NCBI GenBank assembly: GCA_945957095.1
Contig: CAMFKD010000003.1
Coordinates: 1-32,400 of the forward strand
Reading direction: 5' to 3'
DNA: 32,400 nt
Source: an uncultured Chlamydiae bacterium
GTDB lineage: Bacteria; Chlamydiota; Chlamydiia; Chlamydiales; JAJFMA01
The first letter of the stretch is position 1, and the number at the start of each line of letters is the position of its first letter. Shown here piece by piece: positions 1-11,096 of the stretch. The translations under genes and the position numbers were made by a program. The notes under the pieces were generated by a model, which ran no database searches, was not told the DNA's origin, and saw nothing but the letters and a program-made list of their open reading frames with translations.

Positions 1-123
1 ACACATTTTAACCCTCTTATTTTTAACTAAATAAGATCCAGCGGGAATTGCTGTGTCTCCTGACTCCCTTCCTCCCAAATAAGCATTAAGGTAACATGAA
101 TGCTTTCAATAAGGTGATTGGCG

Positions 124-2592
124 ATGGCAAGCAAACAACACATCATCCTCAAGGGATGCCGGCAGAACAACCTGAAAAATATCAGCGTCAAGCTGCCGAA
201 GATAGCCATCTCGGTGATCACCGGTGTGAGTGGCTCGGGTAAGTCATCGCTCGCGTTCGACACCCTCTATGCAGAGGGACAGCGCCGCTTCTTGGAATAC
301 CTATCACCACAAGCGCGGCAGCTAATCCGCCAGCTTCCCAAGCCAGCTGTCGATATCATTGAGGGGTTATCACCAACATTAGCAGTGCAGCAAAGCAATA
401 CTGTGTTGTCGCCGCTGAGCACCGTCGCTACCTACACAGACGTCTATGATTTTCTATGCCTTCTCTTTGCGCGCGTTGGTCAGCAGCATAGCCCTACAAC
501 AGGCCGTCCTTTGACTCGCTATACACGTCAAGAAATCATCGAATTGCTCCTCACCGATTACCCCGAAGGACAACGGCTTCAACTGCTAGCCCCAGTTGTT
601 TTTGAATATGAAGGACTAGAAGAAACGCTACAGCGTTTGCAGAAAATGGGCTTTCTCCGCCTTCGCCTCAATGGCCAAGACTTCGAGGCAGGTCAAGCCA
701 TTCCCGACGCCGGCAACGCCAAAGTCATCGATGTCGTCGTCGACCGCGTCGTCATCCGCGAGGGACTACGAGAACGCCTCAGCAATTCTGTCGAAACGGC
801 GATGGACCTCAGCCAAGGCATCCTTAAAGTCATCGAAGGCGTAGAAGGCAACGAACGCTTTCTGACCGAAGTCTTCCTCTGTTCCGACAGTGGAGTTACC
901 TTCACCCCGCTGGAACCCGCCGATTTCAACTACCATTCGCCTAGAGGCGCATGCCCTACCTGCCAAGGACGCGGTGGCAAAGAAGTCGATGACAAGTGGG
1001 AACGCTGCCTCGCCTGCCTAGGCAGCCGCCTGAAAGCAGAAGCCTTAGCCTGCCTCATCGCCCGTTATAACATCGCCGACATTACTGCCATGACAGTCGA
1101 TGAGCTGCTAGGATCGATCGACCAATGGCCACTCACCGATGCAGCAGCACGCATCGCAGCCGAAATCATTCCCCAAATCAAGAATCGCCTAGCCTTTCTG
1201 CAAGAAGTCGGATTAGGCTACCTAGAGCTCAACCGCTCTAGCCGTACCCTCAGCGAAGGAGAAGCACAGCGCGTCCTGCTTGCCTCGCAAGTCGGCGCCG
1301 GCCTTTCCGGCATCCTGTACGTCTTAGACGAACCCTCGCGTGGGCTGCACCGCCGCGACATCACACACCTAGCCAAGGTTCTCAGTCAGCTGAAAGCCAT
1401 CGGCAACAGCATCGTCTTGGTGGAGCATGAACCCATGCTCATCGCCCAATCAGACCATGTGGTAGAAATTGGACCTGGATCAGGAACCCACGGCGGCCAA
1501 GTGATCTTTGAAGGTACCTATGCCGAGCTGCAGACATCTGACTCACCCACTGGACTGTGGCTCTCGGGAAGACGCACTGTTCCCACTCCTAAGAAGAGAC
1601 GAAAGAGCCTGTCATCGCTGAAGGTAAGTCATGCCTGTTGCCACAACCTCAAGGATGTCACCGTCGACATCCCCTTGGGTGTCCTAACAGGTCTCTGCGG
1701 CCTCTCCGGTTCAGGCAAGTCCACACTAGCGATCGATGTCATCGCTGCTGAGTTGGGAGGCTTGTTAGCCAAAGATACCCCCACACCCCATCTTACCAAC
1801 GCCAATCTCATCCAACGCCTGCAAGTCATCGAACAGCGCCCTAGTGGCGTCACAGTTCGTTCCACCCCTGCTACCTTCGTCGGCATCATGACAGCGCTAC
1901 GACAACTATATGCCATGACCAAGCTATCGCGTGCCCGCGGCTACACCCAAGCACGCTTCACCACCAACAAAAAAGGTGGACGTTGCGAAGCCTGTGAAGG
2001 ACTCGGCTTCCACCGCGTCAATATGGCATTTATGCCAGAGCTGTTTGTCACCTGTGAAGTATGCAAAGGCAAGCGCTATAACTACGAAACCCTTCAAGTG
2101 TTGTGGGAAGGGCTCTCCATCGCCGATGCCCTCGACCTGTCCGTCGAACAAGCACTTAAGCACTTCAGCAACATTCCACAGCTTGCCAACCCTCTTCAGC
2201 TCATGCAAGAACTCGGGCTTGACTACCTCACCTTAGGACAACACTTCAACACACTATCAGGCGGTGAGATCCAGCGCCTCAAGCTCATCGCCGAGCTCAC
2301 CCGCAGCAGCAGCGTGCCTACACTCTATATCATGGATGAGCCCTGCGTCGGCCTCCACTTCAGTGACGTCGCCAAACTCACCAACATCCTACATCGCCTC
2401 GTCGACGAAGGCCACTCTGTCTTGGTCGTCGAACACAACCTCCTGCTGCTACAGCAATGCGACTGGCTCATCGAGATGGGCCCAGAGGGAGGTCCTAAAG
2501 GTGGCCACATCCTCTTTCAAGGCACCCCAGAGCAACTAGCCAAAGCCCCTACCCCTACAGGCGAGATCCTCGCAGGTCAACGCACATCATAA
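124..2592 (+). CDS. uvrA: Excinuclease ABC subunit A (short, atypical UvrA)
   Basis: NNLKN, Walker A GVSGSGKSSLAFDTLYAEGQRR, IEGLSP, LDEP, second Walker A GLSGSGKST, GRCEAC..CEVC Zn finger, LSGGE..QR. ATG 124 preferred over TTG 118 (AAGGTG upstream). Confidence 0.92.
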   Translation: MASKQHIILKGCRQNNLKNISVKLPKIAISVITGVSGSGKSSLAFDTLYAEGQRRFLEYLSPQARQLIRQLPKPAVDIIEGLSPTLAVQQSNTVLSPLSTVATYTDVYDFLCLLFARVGQQHSPTTGRPLTRYTRQEIIELLLTDYPEGQRLQLLAPVVFEYEGLEETLQRLQKMGFLRLRLNGQDFEAGQAIPDAGNAKVIDVVVDRVVIREGLRERLSNSVETAMDLSQGILKVIEGVEGNERFLTEVFLCSDSGVTFTPLEPADFNYHSPRGACPTCQGRGGKEVDDKWERCLACLGSRLKAEALACLIARYNIADITAMTVDELLGSIDQWPLTDAAARIAAEIIPQIKNRLAFLQEVGLGYLELNRSSRTLSEGEAQRVLLASQVGAGLSGILYVLDEPSRGLHRRDITHLAKVLSQLKAIGNSIVLVEHEPMLIAQSDHVVEIGPGSGTHGGQVIFEGTYAELQTSDSPTGLWLSGRRTVPTPKKRRKSLSSLKVSHACCHNLKDVTVDIPLGVLTGLCGLSGSGKSTLAIDVIAAELGGLLAKDTPTPHLTNANLIQRLQVIEQRPSGVTVRSTPATFVGIMTALRQLYAMTKLSRARGYTQARFTTNKKGGRCEACEGLGFHRVNMAFMPELFVTCEVCKGKRYNYETLQVLWEGLSIADALDLSVEQALKHFSNIPQLANPLQLMQELGLDYLTLGQHFNTLSGGEIQRLKLIAELTRSSSVPTLYIMDEPCVGLHFSDVAKLTNILHRLVDEGHSVLVVEHNLLLLQQCDWLIEMGPEGGPKGGHILFQGTPEQLAKAPTPTGEILAGQRTS

Positions 2593-2921
2593 GTCGATAG
2601 ATCGGGAGCACTCTCGCGCAGCCAACGCAGATATTCCTCGTTCCCCCCATCGATAATATGATAGAGAACCTCCGGAATGTCATACTTGGCGTTGGAGAGA
2701 ATCACCTCCTTAACCTTATCAAACCTCGTTAGCAACGTCTTGTAGACCACCTTGCTCTCTTGCACCGTCTCCAATCTGTTGTCTAACATTGCGATCGACT
2801 CCACCCAAGGGATAATCTGCGCCGAAGCCACCAAACGCTCTTGCACTAAAAAGCGGCTAACAAGGCGTGCCTCATCAATACTGCCCGACGTCCATGTAAT
2901 CTCGATTAACTCATCAGCCAT
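2577..2921 (-). CDS. cutA: CutA-family divalent-cation tolerance protein
   Basis: EA..V.R.LV.ERLVA..QI.P.V.S, K-T, YDIPE, GNEEYLRW pattern; AGGAGG RBS before ATG 2921 (ORF-track start 3014 is probably too long); overlaps uvrA 3' end by 16 bp. Confidence 0.85.
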   Translation of the reverse strand: MADELIEITWTSGSIDEARLVSRFLVQERLVASAQIIPWVESIAMLDNRLETVQESKVVYKTLLTRFDKVKEVILSNAKYDIPEVLYHIIDGGNEEYLRWLRESAPDLSTYDVR

Positions 2922-2990
2922 CTGTCGCCTCCTGTTCGTACCGTTGCCAGGAATGTACCATAAAATAAAGAGAAGAACAAATAACGAATC

Positions 2991-3020
2991 TTGACCTCTT
3001 TGCCACTCGTACACTAAAAT
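2991..3020 (+). promoter_or_regulatory. Putative sigma70/sigma66 promoter for the S9 peptidase
   Basis: TTGACC-18 bp-TAAAAT, 38 bp upstream of ATG 3058. Confidence 0.4.
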
Positions 3021-3057
3021 TGACCACTATTATTGATTGCGAAGGAGCCCACATACC

Positions 3058-5022
3058 ATGACTAAATCATCGAAGCTACTGGTCCCCGGTGCCGTCATTG
3101 TGATGATCACAGCCTTGCTCTTAATCTTCGCCCTGCCAGGACCTAGCACACCACCCCCTTTGATTCCTCGCACCATCCTCTTTGGACACCCTGTGAAGAC
3201 CAACCCACGCCTATCGCCCGACGGCTCACAGATCGCCTTTCTAGCACCCGATCATCGCGACGTCCTTAACGTCTGGGTAGCCCCTATCGACAACCTGTCA
3301 GAAGCCCGCCCTATCACCTCAGAACCTAAACGCGGCATCCGCTCCTACTTCTGGCAATGGGACGGTAAAGGCATCCTTTACACCCAAGATGTCGATGGCA
3401 ACGAAGACTGGCACCTTTACCAAACGCGCCTCGACACTAAAGTGACCCGCGACCTCACCCCCTTTAGTAGTGTACGCGCCGCAATCGTTGGTTATCACCA
3501 AGACCATCCTAATGAGATCCTCGTCGCTCTAAATCTCCGTGACCCCACCCTCTTCGACGTTCACCGCATCGCACTCGATAGCGGCGCTATCACCCTCGAC
3601 ACCACGAATCCTGGCGACGTCACTGGCTGGGTCGCCGACCACAATCTGCAGGTACGCTCAGCACAAGCCTACACACCCGATGGCGGCATCATCATCCGCG
3701 TCCGAGACGACGTACAAACCCCTTGGCGCGACCTCATCGCCTGGGGGCCAGAAGAAGGAGCCGGTGGTGCTGAAGCCTTCACAGCCGATGGGACAAGCCT
3801 CTATGTCCTCTCTAGCTTAGATAACGACACAGTACGCCTCCTTAAAATCGATAATACAACAGCACAGCAGAAAGTTATCGCCCAAGACCCCTCCTATGAC
3901 CTAGAAGATATTCTCATTCACCCCACTACACACCACCTACAAGCTGTTGGCGTCGAGCGTGACCGCTACGGTTGGATCATCCTCGACAAAGGAATCAAAA
4001 ACGATTTTCAGACCCTGGAGAAGCTTGCTGGACCAGCATTTCAGATCGTCAGTCGCACCAGAGATGACACCAAGTGGATTGTCTCTGCGCGGCGCGACGA
4101 CAGCCCCACCACCTTCTACCTCTATGACCGTTCTAGTAAGCACGCCAAAGAGCTTTTTACCACGCTACCCGAGCTCAAAGACTATACCCTCGTGCCTATG
4201 CAGCCCGTCAAAATAACAGCGCGCGATGGGCTTCAGTTGGAAGGATACCTCACCCTTCCAGCTGGCAGAAAAGCTAAAGAGCTCCCCACTATCCTCTACG
4301 TCCATGGAGGCCCTTGGGTGCGCGACACCTGGGGTTTCAATCCCGTGGTTCAGTGGCTAGCTAACAGAGGTTACGCCGTCCTGCAAATCAACTACCGCGG
4401 TTCTAGTGGGTATGGCAAAGCCTTCTACAATGCCGGGGATAAGGAATGGGGCGCTAAGATGCACGACGACCTCCTTGACGCCAAAAACTGGCTGGTCGAA
4501 AGAGGTATTGCCCCTGCGGATAAAGTTGCTGTCTACGGCGGCAGTTATGGTGGTTACGCCACCTTGGTTGGTTTAGCCTTCACACCTGAAGAATTCTGCT
4601 GTGGCATAGACGTCGTCGGCCCCTCGAATCTCCTTACCCTTCTTAATAGCCTCCCCCCTTATTGGGAGTCAGCACGTGCACACTTCAACAGACGTGTAGG
4701 TGACATTGTGTTAGAAGAAGAGCTATTGAAGGACCGATCTCCCCTCTTTAAAGCGCATCAGATCAACCGTCCCCTTCTCATTGCACAAGGAGCCCACGAT
4801 CCCCGCGTCAAACAGCATGAAAGCGACCAGATCGTCAGCGCCATGCGGCAGCAAGATAAACCCGTCGAATACCTTGTTTTTCCTGACGAAGGCCATGGCT
4901 TTGCGCAGCCTCAGAATAGGTTGCGCTTTTATGCTGCAGCTGAGCACTTCCTTGCAGAGCACCTTGGAGGCAGCGAACAGCCCCCCACACCACAAGAAGA
5001 GTGGGAGCCCCTGCGCCACTAA
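3058..5022 (+). CDS. S9 family (prolyl oligopeptidase/acylaminoacyl peptidase-like) serine peptidase with N-terminal signal/anchor
   Basis: SPDG propeller start, VHGGP, NYRGS.GYG, GGSYGG nucleophile, HDPRV (Asp), DEGHG (His); hydrophobic N-terminus; AGGAG RBS before ATG 3058. Confidence 0.93.
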   Translation: MTKSSKLLVPGAVIVMITALLLIFALPGPSTPPPLIPRTILFGHPVKTNPRLSPDGSQIAFLAPDHRDVLNVWVAPIDNLSEARPITSEPKRGIRSYFWQWDGKGILYTQDVDGNEDWHLYQTRLDTKVTRDLTPFSSVRAAIVGYHQDHPNEILVALNLRDPTLFDVHRIALDSGAITLDTTNPGDVTGWVADHNLQVRSAQAYTPDGGIIIRVRDDVQTPWRDLIAWGPEEGAGGAEAFTADGTSLYVLSSLDNDTVRLLKIDNTTAQQKVIAQDPSYDLEDILIHPTTHHLQAVGVERDRYGWIILDKGIKNDFQTLEKLAGPAFQIVSRTRDDTKWIVSARRDDSPTTFYLYDRSSKHAKELFTTLPELKDYTLVPMQPVKITARDGLQLEGYLTLPAGRKAKELPTILYVHGGPWVRDTWGFNPVVQWLANRGYAVLQINYRGSSGYGKAFYNAGDKEWGAKMHDDLLDAKNWLVERGIAPADKVAVYGGSYGGYATLVGLAFTPEEFCCGIDVVGPSNLLTLLNSLPPYWESARAHFNRRVGDIVLEEELLKDRSPLFKAHQINRPLLIAQGAHDPRVKQHESDQIVSAMRQQDKPVEYLVFPDEGHGFAQPQNRLRFYAAAEHFLAEHLGGSEQPPTPQEEWEPLRH

Positions 5023-5028
5023 CCCCCC

Positions 5029-5110
5029 TTTCGCCCAGCGCAGCAAGACTTATCTCTCTCGCTAAGCGCAGCGAAGCTGTGGAGTGCTCGAGCTTGCTCG
5101 AGCTTTCACT
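5029..5110 (+). repeat. Family A double-hairpin repeat, copy 1 (preceded by a half unit)
   Basis: TCGCTAAGCGCAGCGAAGCTGTGGAGTGCTCGAGCTTGCTCGAGCTTTCACT at 5059-5110; half unit TTTCGCCCAGCGCAGCAAG from 5029, just after the peptidase stop. Confidence 0.9.
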
Positions 5111-5180
5111 CTTTAGAACAACTGACAGGGCAGAATGGATATGGACAACACAGACGTAAAAGGAAGCTAAACGTCTATAA

Positions 5181-5346
5181 GAGGTAATTGCAGAAGTCGC
5201 TTTTGAGGGCGAATTTGATGATTTTGACGTCGGTTCGGTTTCTCGCAAATCGACATATCCTGTTAGGTATAGGCGATTTGCGAGAAATTCGAATCCGACG
5301 TTAAAAGCGCGGATTCGCCCTCAAAATGGACTTCTGCAATTACCTC
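5181..5346. mobile_element. 166-bp palindromic MITE-like element (family B)
   Basis: Perfect 18-bp terminal IR GAGGTAATTGCAGAAGTC/GACTTCTGCAATTACCTC with inner arms TTTTGAGGGCGAAT/ATTCGCCCTCAAAA, ACGTCGG/CCGACGT and TTTCTCGCAAATCG/CGATTTGCGAGAAA. Confidence 0.75.
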
Positions 5347-5513
5347 ATAATGTCCATTACGTCTATTCAGTCTATGTCCATCGTCCATCCCCCCTTTCTT
5401 AATCAACGAAACAAAAAATTCCACTTGTCAATTTTCCACAACATCTGACATCGTTGAACTCAATAATTGAAATTTTAGTTCACAAACAAACATTGAGAGC
5501 AAAGATCAGAAAT

Positions 5514-8500
5514 ATGTTCCCAAAACGTATGCTAGCCTTGTTAGTGGTTATCGCAACAGCATCCTATATGCCGTTAAAGGCGACTGAGTCCCATGTTAGA
5601 GATCACCTTCCATTTTCAGAAGTTGAGGGCGATCCCTCCTCCATTATTGGAGGCTGTGTCAACATTCTCACAGGTTCTTATGTAGAATCAGAAGTCGATC
5701 TATCAATGCCAGTTCCAGAACCTCTCGAACTACAACGTTTTTACAATTCGCTGATCCAGACCAACGAAGCTCTCTTTAGCAATTGGACATATAATATCAA
5801 TCCTTACGCCATTATGGATAAGGCAGACGATCAGCTTGTACTAACCGTTCCGGAAAGCAATGGAGGAGCCGTCATTTACAAAGGAGATCAACATCAAGTC
5901 TCCTATGTTCCGCATGAGAAAAAGGTCACACCACAATGGGTTGAGCAATATAAAAGCGGGTATACCAATACCGGCAGTGGCGACATATCAGGAAAGACAA
6001 ACTTAAAGAACCAGATTGCATGGTTTGACTATCCAAGAAGCCATGACATCCATACCTATCTCTGCGATGGCTGCACCAGAATATTTGCCCCTATGATACA
6101 GCCTTGGAAACGGGAACAGCCCCTCCCAGTCCGATTCATCCTTAGAAAAGAGACAAGACCTAATGGCAATGAGATCTTCTATGATAATCATCTCTATGAT
6201 TTGGACAAATTGGAGGACGGAGGAGGGCCAGATACACGGCGGCTGATTGACTATGTGCGCTACACCAGCGCTGGAGGAGGGCAAACACTCAACACATTTC
6301 GGATTAACTATGGTCAGGTGTACTTAGGGCACGATTATCCGGTGGTGAAAATACAAGCTGACGATGGTCGAGAAGTCGAATACAAGATGCGTCGCTTTAC
6401 CTACAAACCGAACCGCAACAAACATCATCACTTCTATATCACCGAGGTGAACCGCCCCAATGCCCCCAAAGTAAATTACACCTATTACAACTGGAAGACC
6501 TGGAGATGCGGCAATGTCGAACACAAGATAGTCGCAGGTCGTATTGTTAGAAAAATCGGCTACTACCATAGCGGACTTAACCTAGTAGGCAAAGACAAAA
6601 TCGAGACGAAGAAAGAAGATGGACGTAACCATCGTGTCTCATTGCTGTACGCTCCGGTTGGAACAGACGAAAACTGTGTCATCACTCACCGCTTTTACTA
6701 CTACTTCGACAAGTACATCAACTGGGCACAGGTAGTAGACGCGAGAGAGCAGTACACATGCTACATCTGGGATAAGCAGGAACGATTAAAGTCTATTCGC
6801 CGTTGTTGCGGCGGTCCTACAAAAAGCTATTATTGTGCGGAGAACTTTTTTTGGGGCCATAAAGATTCCAATCAATTAGGAAATTTGATTTCAAAAGCTC
6901 TTGTCGATGAACAAGGGATTGTGCGCTCCTGTCGCTTTCTCGAATACGACAGCAAGCATAATGTCACAGCAGAGCATACAATTGGTAACCTAAGCGGTAT
7001 CTGCACGAGTAACCCCACAATCAATGCTGATGGAATACCCGCTCTAAATGGGTGTGAAGAATATATCGTCCGCCGAGGCTATACCCATGATTCCCACAAC
7101 AGATTGCACTGGGAACGACATCCGAACGGAAAAGAGATCGTCATTGACTATCGTCCTGGAACACACCTTATCACCAAGAAACTCATCAAAGACGATAAAG
7201 GCATCCTTGCGCGAGAGTTTCATGTCTACGACGATTACGGAGTCACCGTCAAAACCATCCACGACGATGGACAAAGTAACAATCCAGATGATCTATCCGG
7301 CGTAACGTGCCGCAAGATCACCTACATCACACCTCGGCATAACAAGCCATGCTTTGGATTGCCCGAGGTGGTAGAAGAGCGATACCTAGACCTTGAATCT
7401 AGAACAGAACAATTTCTTTCAAAGACAGTCTATACCTATTCAAAAGAAGGATGGGTCACTCAGGAAGATCATTATGATAGCCATCACGAACATCGTTATT
7501 CTATTCGACGTGAATTTGACTACATGGGGAACCCAATAATAGAGCAAAACGCCTTGGGACATATTACAGAGAAGCGTTACGACGCCTGGGGCAACAAGAT
7601 TTATGAGCAAGGTCCAGATCATTCCTTCCACTTTGAATACACCTACGATACCGCTAACCGCCTAATTGCAGAAGAACGCGTATGTGACGATGGCCGCCGT
7701 TTCAAAAAATCCTATCGCTATGATCATTGCAATAACAAGATTGCTTATGTCGATACGTTTGGTCAAGAAACCGTTTACCGCTACGATCCATTAGGTAGGC
7801 TCATAGAAACTGTGTTTCCCCCTTTTGTCAATGATGAAGGCAAACTCATCCAACTCAGTTCAAAACAGGAATATGACATAGCCAATAACGTGGTAACGAC
7901 CATTGACGTTGATGGCAATGTCACGCAAAAAACCTACAACATCCGAGGTAAACCAGTCACGACACAGAATCCCGATGGCAGTAATGAACAGTGCGTCTAC
8001 AACCTAGACGGTACCCTTAAAGAACAAACTGCAGTCAATGGACTTACCACCAAGTTGTCCTACGACACCTGGGGCAATTGCATTCGAAAAGACATCTACT
8101 CACAGCAAGGACAGCTACTATCCACAACCTCAGCGATCTATCAGTGTGACCGACTGCTATCCGAGACAGACGCCAACGGCAATATCACAACGTATCAATA
8201 CGATGGCGCTGCACGCCTAATCGCGATCATCAAGCCCAGCACTACCATTCGCTATACCTATGATAGCTTAGGACGTCGTCATAAGACGATCCAAACCTAC
8301 GGTTCAGCACCACATGACGTGCGGATCACCATTACCGAATACGACCTTCTCCAGAACATTCTTGAAGAAAGGCAAGAAGACTATCTCGGCAACGTCTTAA
8401 CTCGAACGGTCAACGCCTATGACATGAATGGGCAGCGCACTCATGTCACCACTTATAGCACTGAAGGTGCCTGTACGACCATCACCACCTACAACAGCCA

Positions 8501-11096
8501 TGGCCAAGTCTGCAGTATTGTCGATGCAGAAAGAAATGAAACGCTTACTCACTATGACTACGACTATCGCAACGCCTTTCAACAACGTGTGTTGAGGAAA
8601 ACCGTTGTAGATCCTCTCGGTATCCAAACGATCACCACCTACGACGCATTAGGAAGAGCTGAACTTATTGAGCGTAAAGATAAATGCGGCGAGCTCATCG
8701 CTAAAGCAACCAATGCTTTTGACGCAAAAGGCAATCTCACTAAACGCATCGACACCGTCATTGCTCAAGGAAAGGCAAATCGAGAAGTGATCACCCTATG
8801 GCGCTACGACGCGCTCGGGCGAGTCGTCGAACTCACAGAAGGAGCAGGCACGCAAGAACAACGCCGTACCAGCTATGTCTACAATAGCTTCGGGCAAAAA
8901 GACTCTGATATTCTATCCAACGGCAGTGTGATTACTTATCGCTATGATGATTTCGGAAGGCTCTGTTCCTACTTTGATTCTGAACAAACATTTGTCCATG
9001 AATTTGCCTATGATTCGCATGGCAATGTTATTCAGACAACAGACCGTGACGGATTCACAATCTGCAGAAGTTTTGATAACGCTAATCGTCTAGCAACTGA
9101 AACAGTTCATGGAAAAACAACACAGTATCAGTACGACGGCCTAGGACGCATCACCCGCTTGACCCTACCAGATGGATCTGTAATTGCAAGCACATATGAC
9201 CCAGCTTTTCTTAAGACGGTAAAACGCATAGACCCACAAGGTCGGGTACTTTATCAGCATCAATGTGAATCTTATGACCTATCCGGTCATTTGCTGAAAG
9301 CCACTAGAATAGCGAATGCTGGAGAGGTGACCTATACCCGCGACAAGCTATTCAGAGTACGATCTGCCCTTTCGGCACAGTTTAGCGAAATCGTCCCAGA
9401 AGAAGGCTATGACAAAGCTGGAAATCTTCTCTCACTTACTCACCAGGATGCTATTGGAGAAGTCGCTTGTCATTACACCTATGGCAGCAGATATCAGCTA
9501 ACCTCTGAAACCGGATTATCGACACATCAGTACCTTTATGACTCACTGGACAATCGGATAAGCAAAGATCATGACACCTGTGACCTCAATTCGTTGAATC
9601 AATTGATGAGGCAAGGAGAACGTCATTTTACCTATGACCGACTTGGCAACCGCTCTGCCATGAAGATCGGTGACAACACCATGGAATACGCCCATGACGC
9701 GCTGGGTCGCCTAATTAGTGTGACAGATAATATCACCTATAAGATCCGCTACCTCTATGACGGCTTCAACCGACGCATTGCTTCTGAACGCAGCGAACTT
9801 GTTGCTGGGCATTGGACAGTTAAGCCCATGGAACTCTACCTTCATCAGGAACAGATGGAAATCGGTAAGATGAATGCCGTAGGCAAGCTCGATGAACTAC
9901 GCGTGTTGGGCCAAGGGCTTGGAGCTGAGATAGGCGCTGCTATAGCTGTGGAAGTAGGAGATCGTATTTATGCCCCGATACACAACCATAGTGGGCACGT
10001 AGTCGCATTGATTGACGCCGATAGTGGACGCGTTGCCGAAGTGTACCGCTATACAGCTTTTGGAGAAGCAGACATTTATGTTGCGGACGGTAGCAGTTAT
10101 CGGAAAGTCGACACATCGGCTAATCCGTGGCGTTTTGCATCGAAACGGCACGACATTGAGACAGGACTGATTCATTTTGGAAGACGTCATTATGATCCTG
10201 TGACAGCACGTTGGACCTCACCTGATCCTGCAGGGTATGGCGATGGCCCTAACCTTTATGCGTACGTACATAACCAACCCTTGACCCATTTTGATTTATA
10301 TGGACTGTTAGCATTGCGCTGTCAATATTGTGGAGGCCTTTATTGGAACCCATCGGGTTTCATGAATAACGTACGCAATTCATTCAACACCTTCTGTCGC
10401 AATACCCGTAATCTGTTCACCCGTCAGATGTACCATTGTCCTTATTGGGAATCGTGGCGTCCTGCTCACATGCGATCTCGCAACTATGAGTTGATCCCGT
10501 CACGAGAAATAGAAGGAGGCAACATCAACTTCACCTGCGGTGTAAAAAATAATCAGGAAAGTTTAGCTGAATCTGCGGAGCATGTTTCCTCGCTAAATGG
10601 AAACGCCAATGTGTGTTCCACACATAATGCCTCAGGAGGTATCTTAGTAGACCTAGTGGAATGTGTATTAGGACTTTTGGGTATCACGACAGAGCCTGTC
10701 ATCTGTCTACACCGCAAATGGAATGAACAATTAGCTAAAGGAGGAACGATTCTCGAAGTGTGTCATAGTCAAGGAGCTATTCATGTTCGTAATGCCTTAA
10801 TGACCTATCCTAAGGAGTTACGTGATCGTATTCTGGTATTGGCTATTGCACCAGCTGCCTATATTCAGGATAATTTATGCCGTCAAGTGATCCATTACCG
10901 TCATGAGAGTCCGTTACATGATCCAGTGCCCTATATTGATCGAAGAGGCGCGCGCCTTTGCCGCCACACCACCCGAGAGTTGGCCTCCCATCCTGATGCC
11001 GGTTGGTTCGACCACAGCTTTACAAGTAAAACCTATGAAGACCGGATACAACAACATTTATCAATTTATGAACGAAGTGGAGCACAACGTATATGA
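5514..11096 (+). CDS. RHS/YD-repeat protein with signal peptide and C-terminal alpha/beta-hydrolase-like (putative lipase toxin) domain
   Basis: MFPKRMLALLVVIATAS..LKA signal-like start (ATG 5514); VNILTG..DL..RFYNS N-terminal RHS module; many YD..GR repeats; RHS core RFASKRHDIETGLIHFGRRHYDP..RWTSPDPAG..NLYAYV.NQP...FDLYGL; tip with CHSQGA, DPVP, DHSF. Confidence 0.92.
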   Translation: MFPKRMLALLVVIATASYMPLKATESHVRDHLPFSEVEGDPSSIIGGCVNILTGSYVESEVDLSMPVPEPLELQRFYNSLIQTNEALFSNWTYNINPYAIMDKADDQLVLTVPESNGGAVIYKGDQHQVSYVPHEKKVTPQWVEQYKSGYTNTGSGDISGKTNLKNQIAWFDYPRSHDIHTYLCDGCTRIFAPMIQPWKREQPLPVRFILRKETRPNGNEIFYDNHLYDLDKLEDGGGPDTRRLIDYVRYTSAGGGQTLNTFRINYGQVYLGHDYPVVKIQADDGREVEYKMRRFTYKPNRNKHHHFYITEVNRPNAPKVNYTYYNWKTWRCGNVEHKIVAGRIVRKIGYYHSGLNLVGKDKIETKKEDGRNHRVSLLYAPVGTDENCVITHRFYYYFDKYINWAQVVDAREQYTCYIWDKQERLKSIRRCCGGPTKSYYCAENFFWGHKDSNQLGNLISKALVDEQGIVRSCRFLEYDSKHNVTAEHTIGNLSGICTSNPTINADGIPALNGCEEYIVRRGYTHDSHNRLHWERHPNGKEIVIDYRPGTHLITKKLIKDDKGILAREFHVYDDYGVTVKTIHDDGQSNNPDDLSGVTCRKITYITPRHNKPCFGLPEVVEERYLDLESRTEQFLSKTVYTYSKEGWVTQEDHYDSHHEHRYSIRREFDYMGNPIIEQNALGHITEKRYDAWGNKIYEQGPDHSFHFEYTYDTANRLIAEERVCDDGRRFKKSYRYDHCNNKIAYVDTFGQETVYRYDPLGRLIETVFPPFVNDEGKLIQLSSKQEYDIANNVVTTIDVDGNVTQKTYNIRGKPVTTQNPDGSNEQCVYNLDGTLKEQTAVNGLTTKLSYDTWGNCIRKDIYSQQGQLLSTTSAIYQCDRLLSETDANGNITTYQYDGAARLIAIIKPSTTIRYTYDSLGRRHKTIQTYGSAPHDVRITITEYDLLQNILEERQEDYLGNVLTRTVNAYDMNGQRTHVTTYSTEGACTTITTYNSHGQVCSIVDAERNETLTHYDYDYRNAFQQRVLRKTVVDPLGIQTITTYDALGRAELIERKDKCGELIAKATNAFDAKGNLTKRIDTVIAQGKANREVITLWRYDALGRVVELTEGAGTQEQRRTSYVYNSFGQKDSDILSNGSVITYRYDDFGRLCSYFDSEQTFVHEFAYDSHGNVIQTTDRDGFTICRSFDNANRLATETVHGKTTQYQYDGLGRITRLTLPDGSVIASTYDPAFLKTVKRIDPQGRVLYQHQCESYDLSGHLLKATRIANAGEVTYTRDKLFRVRSALSAQFSEIVPEEGYDKAGNLLSLTHQDAIGEVACHYTYGSRYQLTSETGLSTHQYLYDSLDNRISKDHDTCDLNSLNQLMRQGERHFTYDRLGNRSAMKIGDNTMEYAHDALGRLISVTDNITYKIRYLYDGFNRRIASERSELVAGHWTVKPMELYLHQEQMEIGKMNAVGKLDELRVLGQGLGAEIGAAIAVEVGDRIYAPIHNHSGHVVALIDADSGRVAEVYRYTAFGEADIYVADGSSYRKVDTSANPWRFASKRHDIETGLIHFGRRHYDPVTARWTSPDPAGYGDGPNLYAYVHNQPLTHFDLYGLLALRCQYCGGLYWNPSGFMNNVRNSFNTFCRNTRNLFTRQMYHCPYWESWRPAHMRSRNYELIPSREIEGGNINFTCGVKNNQESLAESAEHVSSLNGNANVCSTHNASGGILVDLVECVLGLLGITTEPVICLHRKWNEQLAKGGTILEVCHSQGAIHVRNALMTYPKELRDRILVLAIAPAAYIQDNLCRQVIHYRHESPLHDPVPYIDRRGARLCRHTTRELASHPDAGWFDHSFTSKTYEDRIQQHLSIYERSGAQRI

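Noticed and set aside
4835-5248. ORFs 4835-5248 (-) and 24383-24598 (+) share a KSES.SKL.HSTA.LR.A peptide, suggesting a small protein family
   Set aside because: The shared peptide is just the antisense translation of family A repeats, and both ORFs overlap real genes.
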